Below are positions 24,709 through 36,830 of a stretch of 64,000 nt of DNA, piece by piece (positions within the stretch are counted from its first letter, which is position 1; each line of letters opens with the position of its first letter). The position numbers and the translations under genes are program-made. The notes beneath the pieces were generated by a model. It ran no database searches. It saw only the letters and a list, made by a program, of their open reading frames with translations, and was not told the origin of the DNA. Origin of the DNA: Scenedesmus sp. PABB004 (lineage: Eukaryota). Location of the stretch: positions 620,001-684,000 of the forward strand of contig CM026548.1 in NCBI GenBank assembly GCA_014905635.1, read 5' to 3'.

Positions 24709-26772
24709 TCAGGCCGCGCCGTCGACGCCGTGCGGCGCGAGCGCCGCGCCGCGCTGCTCGGCCTCCTGCGCCCGCCGCAGCGCGATGAGCTCCAGCACCG
24801 TCGCGGCGGCCGCCTCGCTCGGCGACTGCACGCCGCCGCCGGCGGCGGCCGCCGCGCCGGCCGGGCGGCGCTGCGGCGGCACGAGCGCGAGCAGGAGGTC
24901 CTGCAGCACGGCGCGCTGCTCCGCGCGCGCCGCGGCCGCCGCCGGCCCCGGAGCCAGCAGCGCGGCGAGCGCGGCCACGGCGCCCGCCTGCGCGCCGCGC
25001 GACCAGAGGCCAAACTCCGGCACCGCGCGCCGCCCGAGCGCGAGGTTTGGCACGCACCCTGCGGGGAGCACCGCCGCGTGGCGCCACGCGGCGAGCCCCT
25101 CGCGCAGCAGCGAGCCGTCGCGCGCGCACACGAGCGGCACGCCCGCCGCCGCGGCGCGCAGGCTCTCGGGCCCCGGGTGCGCGAGCGCCGCGCCGCCCGC
25201 GGCGCCCGCGGCGAGCGCGTTGGCCGCCATCGTGTGCCCCGCCGGCAGCACGAGCGGGCGCAGCGCAAAGTTGTTGGTCGCCTCGTACGCCGCCTCAACC
25301 AGCAGGTCGGGCACCAGCATCGCCGCCGCGACGCCGCCCGGCAGCGACGCCGCGAGGTCGCCGCTGATTGCGTCAAACGCCCGCATGCTCGCCCGCACCT
25401 CGCCCTCGTCGCCGCCGGGCAGCAGCAGCAGCAGGCGCCGCGCGCCGCCGGCGTCGCCGTCGCCGGCGCCGGCGGCGGGCGCGGGCTGCGCGCGGCGCTT
25501 GCGGGTGCCCGGCGCGGCGCCGGCGCCGGTGGCAGCGCCGGCGCCGGCGGCCTCGGCGCGGCCCTGCACGGCATCGTAGTGCCGCCAGAACGCCGCCGCG
25601 TTGCCCAGCCCAAAGAGCTGGCCCACCGGCGCTGCGCCGCCCGCGCCGCGCTGCGCGAGCAGCTCGGCCACCAGCCGGCCGCGCCCGCCAAAGCTGCCCG
25701 CCTGCAGCAGCGGCTGCAGCGCGGGGCTCCCCACGAACGAGGCGGGGCCGCCCGCGGCGTGCAGCAGCGCCGGCTCAAACGGCAGCCCGCACATCACGTG
25801 GTCGGCGAGCTTCGCCCACGTCGCCGCCGCGGCCGCCGTCTGCTGCGCGTCCCACAGCCCCGGCGGCTGCGGGCGCGGCGGCGCCGGGCGGCGGCGGCGG
25901 CGGCGGCTCTCGGCGGGGGCCGGCGCGCGACCGCGCGCGGCGCGCTCGCTGCTGCCCGCCCCCGCACCAGGTAGTGCACGCATGCGGGCAGGCGCGCCAC
26001 GCGCGCCTCCTGCGCCTTGCGCAGCCCGAACAGCAGCTGGTGCGAGGCCGTGGGGCTCGCCACCGTCAGCACTGCGTCGTACGCCAGCCCACGCGGCAGC
26101 GGCGGCGGCGCGCCGCCGGGCGGCGGCGGCTGCGCGGCGGCGGGCCGCGGCGGCGCCGCGCCGGGCTTGTCGCGGCTGCCGCAGCCCGCGAGCGCCGCGT
26201 CCCACACCGCGTCCCGGAACACTCGCAGGTACTCCTGCCGGCTGCCCAGCGCGACACCAGGGAGCGCGAGCTGCGTGCGCGCGGCGCGGGCGCGCGCGGG
26301 CGTGAGCGCGCCCTGCGCGGGCCGCGGCGGCGCGCGCCCGCGCTGGCGCTCACCCGGCCGAGGCTGCCGCCCGCCTGCAGCTGCACCACCTCGCCCGCCT
26401 CCAGCGCCGCCTGCTGCTCGTCGCTGACCACGCGGTGGAGGCCCTGCGCGCGCAGCGCCGGGCCGCCCTGCGCGGCGGGTGCGGGCGCGCCGGGTGTGCG
26501 AGGCGCGCGCCGCCTGCGCCGCCTGCGCCGCCCGCCTGCGCCGCCCGCCTGCGCCGCCTGCGCCGCCCGCCGCGCGGCCCGCGCACCACGCCGTAGATCT
26601 GCACCACCGCGCCGTGCAGCTCCTTCAACGACGCCACGAGCGCCGCGCCCGCGCGGTCCGCCTGCTCGTCGGCGGCGCACACGAAGAGGGAGAGCGGGCC
26701 CTTGAGCGCGGTGGACAGCGTCCGCGTCACCAGCGCGCCAGCCGGAGCGGCGCGGGCGCCGGCGGCCCGCAT
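24709..26772 (-). CDS. lpxB: Lipid-A-disaccharide synthase-like protein (LpxB/GT19 fold), degenerate, probably mitochondrial; 4 exons
   Basis: Colinear LpxB landmarks: LFVCAADEQADRAGAALVASLK, YGVGG, VHYLPPGLW, DHVMCGLPFE, FVGSP, LLLPGG..EV, GVPLVC, PNLALGRRAVPEF. Confidence 0.75.
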
Positions 26773-27154
26773 CGCGCGCTGCAGGTTCGGCGGCGCCACG
26801 GCGGCGCTGCTGCTGCTGCTGCTGCGGTTGGTGCGCGAAGCGTCGCGCCAGCGCGGGCGTGAGATGGCGCAGACCAGTGTGGTGGCGGGGCGGCGGCCGG
26901 AGCGCTCGATCGGCGCGCGCGCGCCGCCGGAGCAGGTCTTTGGCAGCTGCTGCTGCTCTGCCGTCAATCCGCGCACGCCCCCGCGGCGCGCAGGCCACGC
27001 GCCAGTGCACCTCCAGCACGCTCGCCCGGCGCCCCACGACGCGTCCGCGCGCACTCCCCGCCCGCCGTCGCTCGCGATCGCGGCCGCCCGGGCCTGAACG
27101 GCCGGCCGGGGGCCCGCTGTGCCTTCCCACACGCCTCTGAAAGCACGCCCGACC

Positions 27155-28268
27155 ATGCGCCGCGCGGCGGCGCGCCTGGCCGGCGCCGGCGCCGCAGCAG
27201 CAGCGGCGGGCCTGCTGGCAGCGCCCGCCGCGGCCGCGGCGGGCCCCGCCGCCGCGCGCCAGGCGGCGGTCGGCGTGACCCGCGGCGCGGCCTGCGCCTG
27301 GGTGAGCAGGCAGCGCCGCACAGTCGCTGCGCCGCTGCGCTGCTGCGGCCGCCGGCGCGGCGTCAAGGACGCCTGCCGCTCACGCTTGCCCCGCCCCGCA
27401 GGCCGCCGCTGCGCGCCTGCAGCAGCTCAGCAGCTGGTCGCTCGCGGCGGCCGCGCACCAGGGGCAGCGACGGCAGCATCAGCAGCCGTGGCCCGTCAGC
27501 CTCGCGCGGCAGGCCGCGCCGGTGCAGGTGCGCGGCCGGCCGGGGGCGCCCGCGCGCGCTCGCGCCGCCACGCCAGCCCGGCCCAGGGCGGGTGCGTTCA
27601 CGCCCGCGCGCACCGCCGCGCCGCGGCCGCCAGGCGCAGCTGCTGCCGCCCGCCGCCGCGGCGGCGGCGGCGGCCGCGGCCGCGCCGCTGCAGTGGCAGG
27701 CGGCGCGCGGCCTGCTGGGCGTCAAGGTGGTCAAGAACTATCAGGACCACAACACCGCAAGGCCTAAGAAATACAAGATCAAGACGCCCTCGTGCGCGCG
27801 GCGGCCGGGGCCGGGGCGGCGGGCGCGCGCGCGGCGGGGGACGGCAGCGGGCGCGCGCGCGCGGGGGGCGGCGGCGGGCGCGCGCCGCGCCGCGCCGCGC
27901 CGAGCGCTCGCCGCGGCGCCGCCGGCGCAGGGCGGTGAAGCGGCGCGTGCTCGTGGGCGAGGACGGCACGATGTGGCGCATGCAGGCGCGCCGCGGGGGA
28001 GGGGGGGGGGGACGAGCCGCGGCGGCAGCTGCTGCGCGGCAGGGGGCGGCGCGGCAGGCGGCCGCGCGTGCGACCGCCCGCCGCTGACGCTGACGCGCCA
28101 CGCACTGGCGCTGCGCCGCCGCAGGCGGGGCGGCGGCACAAGCGCTACAAGAAGTCGCGCGGCCGGCTGGCGGCGCTGCGGGGCATGGTGCCGCTGCACC
28201 GCGCGGCCTCGGCGAAGCTGCGCAAGCTGGGCTACAAGCGCAGCTGGTGGTTCCAGCTCAAGGCCTGA
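27155..28268 (+). CDS. MRPL35: Mitochondrial-type ribosomal protein bL35 with long presequence, 5 exons
   Basis: KYKIKTPSAVKRRVLVGEDGTMWRMQAGRRHKRYKKSRGRLAALR matches the bL35 pattern; Arg/Ala-rich N-terminal extension; TGTAA at 28376-28380. Confidence 0.85.
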
Positions 28269-28375
28269 CGCGGCTGCTGGCTGGGCGGCTGCTCATCGAT
28301 CGCGCGAGCGAGCGGTTGGCGGCAGCGCGGCTCCGGACGCGCGCTGAGCGGCGCGGCGGTTGGCGTCGCTGCGCG

Positions 28376-28380
28376 TGTAA
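28376..28380 (+). terminator. Polyadenylation signal TGTAA (bL35)
   Basis: TGTAA about 110 nt after the stop. Confidence 0.7.
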
Positions 28381-28617
28381 TGACCCCTGCAGAGCGCTCC
28401 CGGGACGATCGCTGCCGCGCCGCGCAGGAAGAGCTCGCATTCGTGCCGTGGGCGCGAGCGGTCCCTTTTTTTCGCGCGTCGCACTCGCCGCTGCCGGCGC
28501 TCCGCCGCTGCGCCGCCCGGCTGGCCACGCGAGCTGCCGAACGCAACGCTGTCTCAGTCGCGCCCGCGCCATCGCGTGCGCCGCAGCCCGCGCCACAGCC
28601 GGAGCGGCTCGCGCACG

Positions 28618-29248
28618 ATGGCGCCGACTTTTGACGAGCCGATCGTGGCCGTGCAGGAGCTCGTGGCGGCGATGGTGGGGCTCAAGTGCACCAGCAAGCA
28701 GAGCGGCGTCTATTTCAAGGAGCTGGCCGCGCACCTCAGCGAGCTGCTGCCGACCCTTCGCGCGGAGCTGGCCACGCTCGCCGAAGCGGCCGCGTTTGGA
28801 GAGCAGCCTCGGCCGTCGCAGGTCAAGGCGCTGCACGAGTTCGCGTCCGCGCTCGCCGCCATCACATCGGCGCTCGGGGGCACGAGCAGCCTGGGCCAGG
28901 CCGGCGGCGGCGGCGGCAGCCTCAGCGGCTCGGGCGGCGCGCGGCCGGTCGCGAGCAGCAAGCGGCCGGTGCTGCCGCCGGGCGTCTCTACGCTCAACCC
29001 AGACTCGTATTTCCACGCCAGGGAGGGCCTCGTGCTGGCGCTCGCGCAGGTGCGGGCTCGCGGAAGGTGCAGGAGCTCGTGGCGGCGACGGCGGGGTCGC
29101 CAAGCTCGCACCCGCGCGCGGTCGTGCTCACGCAGAGTCCGTCAACGCCGCGCAGGTGCTCGAGGCGTTCCGGGGCAGCCACCCGTCGCTGGCCAAGGCG
29201 GTCGCGGCGGCGCGGGCCGAGATCGAGGACACGGGCATGTTTGAGTGA
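28618..29248 (+). CDS. Hypothetical small alpha-helical protein (~174 aa), 2 exons
   Basis: MAPTFDEPIVAVQELVAAMVGLKCTSKQSGVYFKELAAHLSELLPTLRAEL...LALAQ|VLEAFRGSHPSLAKAVAAARAEIEDTGMFE*; in-frame GT-AG intron 29050-29155; coding-like codon usage. Confidence 0.7.
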
Positions 29249-29605
29249 AGGGCGCCGTGAGGGCTTCGCGCGCGGCGCGCACCGCTTCAACCGCCGCCGC
29301 GGTTCAGTGACCCCGGCGGGCCGACCGCCCCGCGCACGACGCGACGGGTCAGAGTCCTCATTGCAGCACCTCCGCACAACGCGGCGGCGCACGCGCAGCC
29401 GCCCGCACCGCGCACGGCAGCAGCAGCGGACCGCGCGGCGCCGAGCTCCTGGCGGCGGCGGCCAGCGGCGGCGTCTGGTGGCGTCGGCGGCGCCGGACGC
29501 TCGCGTCCCGGCCCTCTCTCAATGACCGCCGGCGCGGGCCCGACCCGGCCTGGGCAGCAGCAGCAGCAGTCGGCCTGAGGCCGGCCCTGGGGGCGCGCCT
29601 GAGCG

Positions 29606-31697
29606 ATGTACGCGGCGCCCACCGGCGCGCCGCCGGTCAAGAAGAAGGAGCGCCAGCTGACGGTGGTGTTCAAGCACACCAGCGCGAACCAGGTGGGGGG
29701 TGTGGGTGATGGCCGGGGTGTTGGCGCTGCCCTGCGCGCGCACGGGCCTCCCCGACCCGCGGCGGCTCCCTGATCACGCGCATCCGGTCCCACGCCGCAG
29801 CATGTCGCGGGCGTGGAGGCGCTGGCGGTGTCTGCGGACAGCAGGAGCCTCTACACGGCATCTCGCGACTCCATCGTCAAGCGGTGCGCCCGGGCGGCCC
29901 AGAGCGGCCCCGCTGCACCGGCTGCAGCGCCTGATCTGCAAGCAGCCGGCCGGCCAGCGCGGGCGGCGGCGGCGGCGGCGGTCGCCGCTGCCTGCGCGCG
30001 GGCGGCCGAGCCCGCCGCGCTGCCCGCGGCGCGTGCGGCCGCAGGTGGGACGTCGGCGGCGGGCGGCCGGTGTGCTCGGCGAGCTTCGAGGGCCACATCG
30101 ACTGGGTGAACGACGTGCTGCTCTTCGGGGAGCGCCTCGTGTCGTGCTCGTCCGACCGCACCGTCAAGGTCTGGGCGACGGGCGACGAAGGTGCGGCGGC
30201 GGCGGCCGCGCGGCGGCCGGCGTGCGCTGCCTGGGCACGGCAGGCCCGGCAGGCGCCGACCGCGCGGCCGCGGCCGCCGCCGCCGCCGCGCAGCGCGCTG
30301 CCTGCACACGGTGCAGCACCACTCGGACTATGTGACCTGCCTCGCGGGCAGCGAGGCGGCGGGCAAGGTCGTCAGCGGCGGGCTGCGCAGCGAGGTCATC
30401 ACGTATGACATGGAGGTGAGCTCCTGCTGCTGGCAGCAGGAGGCGGCGGGCTGGCTGCGGCGGGCCGGCAGCGGCGGTGCCGCGCGGCGGGGCTGCGGCC
30501 CGCCCGACGCGCGCCCCCGCCGCGGTGCCGCCGCAGACCATGACCGCGCACCTCATCATGCCCCACACCAGCGGCGGCGCGCCCGGCGCGCCCGGCGGCG
30601 AGCCGCCCGCGTCGGCGGCGGCGCCGGGCGACGCCGACGCGGCGGCCGCGGCCGCGGCGGGCGTGGGCGGGCAGGCGGCGGGGCCGCCGACGCGCAGCGT
30701 GTACGCGCTCGCGATGAACCGCAGCGGCGGGCTCGTCGCGGGGGGCACGACGGAGGGCGCGATCCGGCTGGTCGACCCGCGCAGCGGGGCCAAGGTCATG
30801 AAGCTCAAGGTGCTTAGGGGTTACGGGTTCAGGGCACAAGGTTCAGGGCACAGGGTTGAGGGCTCAGGGTCGGGGGCTCAGCAGGAGGGGCAGCAGGAGG
30901 CGGGCGTATGCGGGCGCGTGGGGCCGAGGCGAAGCGGCGCGCCGCCGCCGCGCCCGCCGCGCCCGCCGCCGCAGGGCCACACCGACAACGTGCGCGCGCT
31001 GCTGCTGAACGAGGACGGCACGCTGCTGCTGAGCGGCAGCAGCGACCACACCGTGCGGCTGTGGGACCTCGGGCAGCAGCGCTGCGTGCAGGTGCGCGGG
31101 CATGCGTGCCCCTGCTCGCCCCTGCGCGCCCCTGCGCGCCCCTCGCGCGCCGCCGCCGCTCGACCGCCGCGCCGCGCCGCGCCGCGCCGCGCCGCGCAGA
31201 CGCTGGCGGTGCACACCGACAGCGTGTGGGCGCTCGCGGCGTCGCCCGACCTCTCGCTCGTGTACAGCGGCGGCCGCGACCGCGCGGTGTACGCCACGCA
31301 CATGGGCCGCCGCCAGGCCTACCTGCTCGCGCGCGAGGCGCAGCCGGTCCGCAGCATGGTGCGTGTCGCGGCGGCGCGGCCTGGCCGCGTGCGTGCGCTC
31401 TCGTTGACCGGGGCGCAGGGGCTGCGCTCGCGTGGGCGGCAGGCGCGGCGCGCCGACTCCGCGTCCGCCCCCGCGCCGCCGCGACCGCGCGCAGGCGCTG
31501 TCGGAGGGCGGCACGCGGCTGTGGGTGTCCACCACGCTCAGCAGCGTCAACGCCTACGACCTGCCCCACGACTACTGCGGCCCCGCCGCGCAGCAGCACC
31601 TCACGGAGCGCGCGCGGCGCGCGGCGGCGGGCGCGCAGCAGCACGCGGCGCAGCAGGGGCTGGGCCCGCAGCAGGGCCCGGGGCAGCAGGAGCAGCA

Positions 31698-31734
<37 letters not shown>

Positions 31735-33754
31735 GAGGGCGGGCCGCCACAGGGGCAGCAGCAGCAGTCGCAGCAGTCGCAGCAGCCGGGCGGCCAGACG
31801 CAGCGCGGCGGCGCCGCGGGCAACGGCCTGCCGCAGGGGCAGGGCCCCGGCGGCGCGCTGCGCGGCGCCACGTCGCCCCCGGCGGCGGGGCGGTCGCTGA
31901 GCGGGGTGGGCGGGCGCGCGCTGATGTACGGCAGCAGCCCCTCGGTGCGCCTGCGGCAGAGCATGGACCCGGGCGCCGGCGAGGAGGCGCCGCTGCTGTC
32001 GCCGGCGGTGACCATCGCCGGCTCGCCAGGTGCGGTGCCGCCGGCGCCGCTGCCACTGCGGCGGTGCGGCAGCGTGGCGCGGCAACGCGGCACGCGCCGG
32101 CCGGCCGCCGCCGGCCGAGCCGCCGCGCGCCGCCGCCGTCGCAGGCCTGGTCGCGCTGCGCGTGCTGAGCGACAAGCGGCACGTGCTGACGCGCGACAGC
32201 GACGGCCTCGTGCAGCTGTGGGACGTGCTCGCGGGCGGCCGATCCAGGCGCTCGGGCAGGTGCGGCGCGCCGCCAGCACGCCGCTGCGCCAGCGCGGCGC
32301 CGGGGCGCGCGCGCACGCACACGCGCACACACAGGCGGCGCGCAACCCAACACCTCCGCCCTGCGCGCCTGCTCCCCAGGTGGACATCGCCGAGGTGGAG
32401 CGCCGGCTGTTCCGGCCGCTGTACGTCGAGTCGTGGTTCACGCCGGACGTCAAGCTCGGCGCGCTCGCGCTCACGCTCGAGCCGCCGCGCTGCTTCGCGG
32501 CCGAGGCGTACGCACGTGCGCGCACGCGCGCCGCCCGCCCGCAACTCCTGGCTGCGCCCGCCGCGCCGCGCCGCACCGCGCCCACGCGCGCGCCTCGCTC
32601 GCGCGCCACGGCGCGGCCCACGCGCCCACGCCCCAGCCGCGCCCACACGCACTGCGCCCGCGCCGCCGCAGTCGACCTCGGCCTGCGGGACGTGCCGGAC
32701 GACCAAAAGGTCAACCTGGGCGCCGCGCTGCTGCGCAACGCGCTCGCCGGCTGGGGCCGCGCGTTCAGCCGGCTCTACCTCTCCGGCGCGCCGCTGCCCG
32801 GGCTCGACGACCCCTGCGCCGAGGGCCTGCCGCGCTTCAGCGACGACGCGCCGCCCGCAGGCGCGGCGCGCGCGGGCAGGCGCACAGCCGCGCGCCCCGG
32901 CGGCGCGCACGCGCCGACGCCCGCGCGCCCCGGGCACCCCGCGCGCCCCCGCAGTCGTGTCCACGAGCGCGTCGGGCGTCGCGTGGCGCATCAGCGCCGG
33001 CGCGTTCACGGGCCGCGAGCGCGAGGGCGAGGACCTGCCAGGCTGGGTCGCCGAGGCGGTGCTGCGGGGGCTGCTGCCGTACGTCAAGGAGCTCAAGGCC
33101 GCCTTTGCGCTGCAGCCCGCGCCCGACAGCGGCCTGCCCAGCCTGCTGCAGGGCCGGCTCAACGCGCCGCGCATCCTGCAAGTCATGAAGGTGCGGCGTT
33201 GCTGCGCGTGCGGCGCTGCTGCGTGGCGGGCGGGGTGCTGCCCCGCGGTGCGCGCTGTGCTGCCCCGTGGCGGCGCGCGCGGCAGCGGCGTGGTGGCACC
33301 CCCCGCCCGCTGAGCGACCGCCCGCCGCCGGCGCGGCCACAGGTGGCCAACTACTGCGCGACGCGTCTCGCGGAGCAGGGCGTGAGCCTCGCGACGCACG
33401 CGGTCGGCGAGACGCCCGAGTCGCAGGCGCCGCCTGACGACGGGCAGCAGTACCTCGAGCTCACCTGCAACGGACTGGTGCGCGCGCACCGCCGCTGCTG
33501 CGTGTCGCGGCAGCCGCGGGCGGCCCCGCGCGACGCGCAAGCTTGTGCCCGCGCGGCCCGCGCCCGTCCTGCAGGCGGTGCCCTACACGATGAGCATCGC
33601 GACGGTGAAGAAGTTCATATGGAAGCGCAGCGACGACGTGCTGTTCGTGTTCCGCGTCGCCGACCGCGACCGGCTCGCGCCGTTCCCGGCGCTCGGCCCG
33701 CGCGGCGGCGGCGGCGCCGCCGCGCCGGGCGGCGGCGCCGGCGCGCGCGCGTGA
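29606..33754 (+). CDS. WDR48: WD repeat protein 48 / UAF1-like deubiquitinase cofactor, ~14 exons, polyQ insert
   Basis: LYTASRDS, FEGHIDWVND, HSDYVTCLA, SVYALAMN, KLKGHTDNVRALL, LWDLGQQRCVQ, VHTDSVWALA, RHVLTRD, KVNLG, RLNAPRIL, MSIATVKKFIWKRSDD. Confidence 0.95.
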
Positions 33755-34062
33755 GGGGCCGCCGCTCGCCGACCGCGAACGAACCAAGGACTAGAAAGGC
33801 GGCCCGGTCGTCGGTAACGGGCGGCACGCACCAGCGGCGCCGTCGAACCGCGCTGCTGACGGAGCGAATGACACGCGCCTTCCTGCCGCGTTTCCCGGTG
33901 GGCCGTTCATTCCGGGCACCCATATGTCGATCTCGGGCGGTGCCTGCGCGTCGTGCGGCCGCCCCTCCAGCGCGGACCTTGATGTCGCGGCCGCATCCTG
34001 CTCTCGTCCCGCGCCGTGCGGCCACGCGGCGCCTCGCTGAGCCCTGAGCGCGTGCACCCACG

Positions 34063-35120
34063 ATGGACGCCGCGGTGGAGCCCAGCCGGCCGGCCAGCCG
34101 CGCCGGCGTGGGCGCGCCGCCAGCGATGGCGGCGCCCGCCATGGCGCCGCTGTCCACGGCCTTTCTGTTCATAACCATACTGGTGCTAGTGATCCTCGTG
34201 GCGGTCGTCCTCCTCTGCCGGCAGCAGCGCGCCGCCGCGCGCGACGCGGCCGCGGCGCGCGCGGCGCGGCGGCGCGCGGGCACGAGGTCGCTGGCGACCG
34301 GGGCGCGCTCGCCGTCGTGCGCCCCCACCACGCCCACGCCGCCGCCGCCTGCCGCAAGTGGCCGACGCCCGTGCTGCTCGTGAGCAACCTGCCGACCTTC
34401 ACGTTCAACCACGGCAGCGGCGGCAGCGACGCGTGCGTAATCTGCTACGCCAAGTTTGAGCACGGCGAGCAGCTCAAGCTGCTCCCCTGCCTGCACATGG
34501 TGCGCCGGCGGCGCGGGTGGTGGCGGTTTGGGTGGGTGGGTGGGTGGGTGGGTGGGTGGGTGTGGGGGCGCCGCGGGCGGGGGCGCGCCCCGCCCCGGCC
34601 CGCGCGCGCGCCGTCGGCGCGCACCGACGGCACGCGCACGCCGCCCGCCGCTGCCCCCGCCCCCGCCGCCCCGCGCGCGCAGTACCACGTGGCCTGCATC
34701 GACGCGTGGCTGCAGCGCGACCGCTCGTGCCCGGTGTGCACGGCGGACGTGGTGCGCGCGGCTTGCCTCTGCCTGCGCGAGGACTGGTCCGCGCACACGG
34801 TCGACGCCGTCGCCGAGAGCTCCGGCAGCGCGCTGCGCCCGCCGCCGCTTGCGGCCGTGGCCGCGGCGGCGGCGGCGGAGCCGGGCAGCGTGCTCGCGCC
34901 GCCCACGCCCGGGGGCGCCGCGGCGCCGCCGCGGGGCGGCCCCTTTGCGCCTGCCCCGCCGGCGGCGCGCGGCGCCGTCGCCAGCGCCGCGGCGCCGCTC
35001 GCGCCGGCGCTCGCGGCGCCAGCGCACGTGGCGCTCGCGATGCCGCCGGTCGGCGCCCGCGGCGGTGCCGCAGCGGCGGCGCAGCAGCTGGCCCGGCACA
35101 GCTGCCCCACGGGCGTATGA
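34063..35120 (+). CDS. TM + RING-H2 E3 ligase (ATL-like); apparent 1-nt frameshift near 34265
   Basis: Hydrophobic helix AFLFITILVLVILVAVVLLC, then (shifted frame) TPVLLVSNLPTFTF...CVICYAKFEHGEQLKLLPCLHM|YHVACIDAWLQRDRSCPVC. Confidence 0.8.
34529..34562. repeat. (GGGT)n microsatellite, G-quadruplex-prone, in RING intron
   Basis: tgggtgggtgggtggg... run of about 8 units. Confidence 0.85.
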
Positions 35121-35920
35121 TGAGTGCGCGTCGCCGGTCCATCGGCGGCGGGCTGGGCGCCTGCCGGGGGGGATTGGTGGCTGCCCATGACGCGCGCCCT
35201 TGTGCGCTGAGCAGTGAGCCGATCGGTGGAGGGGGCAAGGGGCTTGCGTGAGCGCAGCGCGCGCGTGCGCGCTGGCACGACCCGGGGGAACTGCAGGGGC
35301 GGCGGTGCTCGAGCTGCGCCGGAGCGCGGCGGCGGTTGGCGCGGGACGTTTGCACGGCCTGGGCGCCGTCGACGGCGCGTCGCCAGAGGAATGAAGGCAC
35401 CCGGCCGCAGGTGCCTGCCTGAGCCTGAGCCTGAGCCTGCACTGCGGGGCATCGTCGGTTTGAGTTGCACTGTCGGGCGCAAGCAGAGCTGCACATAACA
35501 TGACGCCCACCACCCCACCCCCTGGACTTTGTGCCCCTGGACTGCGTCAGGCCCACGAGGGCCCGGCCGCACGTTCGCAGCCGCCGCGTGTCAGCCTCGC
35601 GCGCCGGGCGAGCAATGCCGCCGCACTGGGGGCAGAGAGAGTTGTGTGCCACACATGCAATGTACACAATGTGTTTTGGAGTCTGATGATGACGCCAGCG
35701 CTGGCTGGCACACGCAGTCGCGAGCAGCCGCCCGCCCACCGCGCCAAGGCGCGCGCCGCCACCCGCGCAGCAGCAGCCACGCAGCACTGCCAATGGGCCA
35801 AATGGTCAGACAGCACGCTGCGGAAAGCTAGTGTACTTCAGGGCGCCGCCAGCGCACCCCTCCCTCGCCCCCGCAATGCAAGCCAACGCCCGCCCGGCAG
35901 CGAGCGCTGCGCGCGCGCGC

Positions 35921-36764
35921 TCAATGCCGCGCCGCGGGGCCGCCCGCCTCCACGTCGCCGCCGCGTGCCGCCGGCTGCGGCGGCTGCGCGGCGGCGGCGC
36001 TGCTGCTCCGCGGGCGGGCGCCCGGGAAGCCCAGCATGGTCAGCACCGCCAGCTCGACAAGCTCCCGCGCGCCGCTGCTGCTGCGCCGCCGCCGACGGCC
36101 GTCCGCGCCCAGCTCGCCCGCCGGCAGCGCGCCGGCCGCCGCGCCCGGCTCGCCCGTGCCGAGCCCGGCCGCGCGCTCGGCCGCGCGGCGCTCGGCCCGC
36201 CGCGCGCGCTCGGCCCGCCGCGCGTCGCGCGCCGCCTGCGCCTCGCGCCGCGTGGCGGCGGTCGCGGTCCCCAGCGACGCCTCGAGCGCCGCGGCGATGC
36301 GCCGCTGCTGCTCCATCAGCTCCTGGTCCAGCACGGGCGACTTGCACAGCGGGCACGTGACGTCGCGCACGAGCCACTCGTCGATGCACGCGCCTGGCGC
36401 GCGGCGGGCAGCGGGCGGCGTGAGCGGCGGCCGGCGGGCGCGCGGCGGGCCGGCGCGCGCGCGGTGGGGGCGCGCGGCGCGCACAGTGGTAAAAGTGTCC
36501 GCAGGGGAGCTGCTTGACGTCGTCGCTCGCCGCAAAGTCGTCAAAGCAGATCGCGCACGGCTCGGCGCCGCTCGAGCTGCTCGCCCCCGCCGGCGCCGCG
36601 CAGCCCTTGGCGCCGCCGCCCGGCGCGCCGTCGGCGCCCGCCGCCGGCGCGATCTCGCCGCGCGGCGCCGGCGCCGCGCCGCCCGCGCCGAGGCCGGCGA
36701 TGCCGGCCGAGCGCGCGAGCTGGTCGCGCAGCTGCAGCGCCGCGGCCATGAGCGACAGCGGCGC

Positions 36765-36830
<66 letters not shown>

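Noticed and set aside
35117..35210. Possible C/D box snoRNA (ATGATGA...CTGA)
   Set aside because: The C box is simply the tandem stop codons of the RING gene; no terminal stem or recognisable rRNA guide.
35683..35730. Hammerhead ribozyme core CTGATGA
   Set aside because: No following stem II plus GAAA; other core elements absent.
23137..36826. CAG/CTG tracts (23137-23172, 23718-23834, 31700-31733, 36767-36826) as special elements
   Set aside because: Ordinary polyQ or intronic microsatellites, common in chlorophyte genes.
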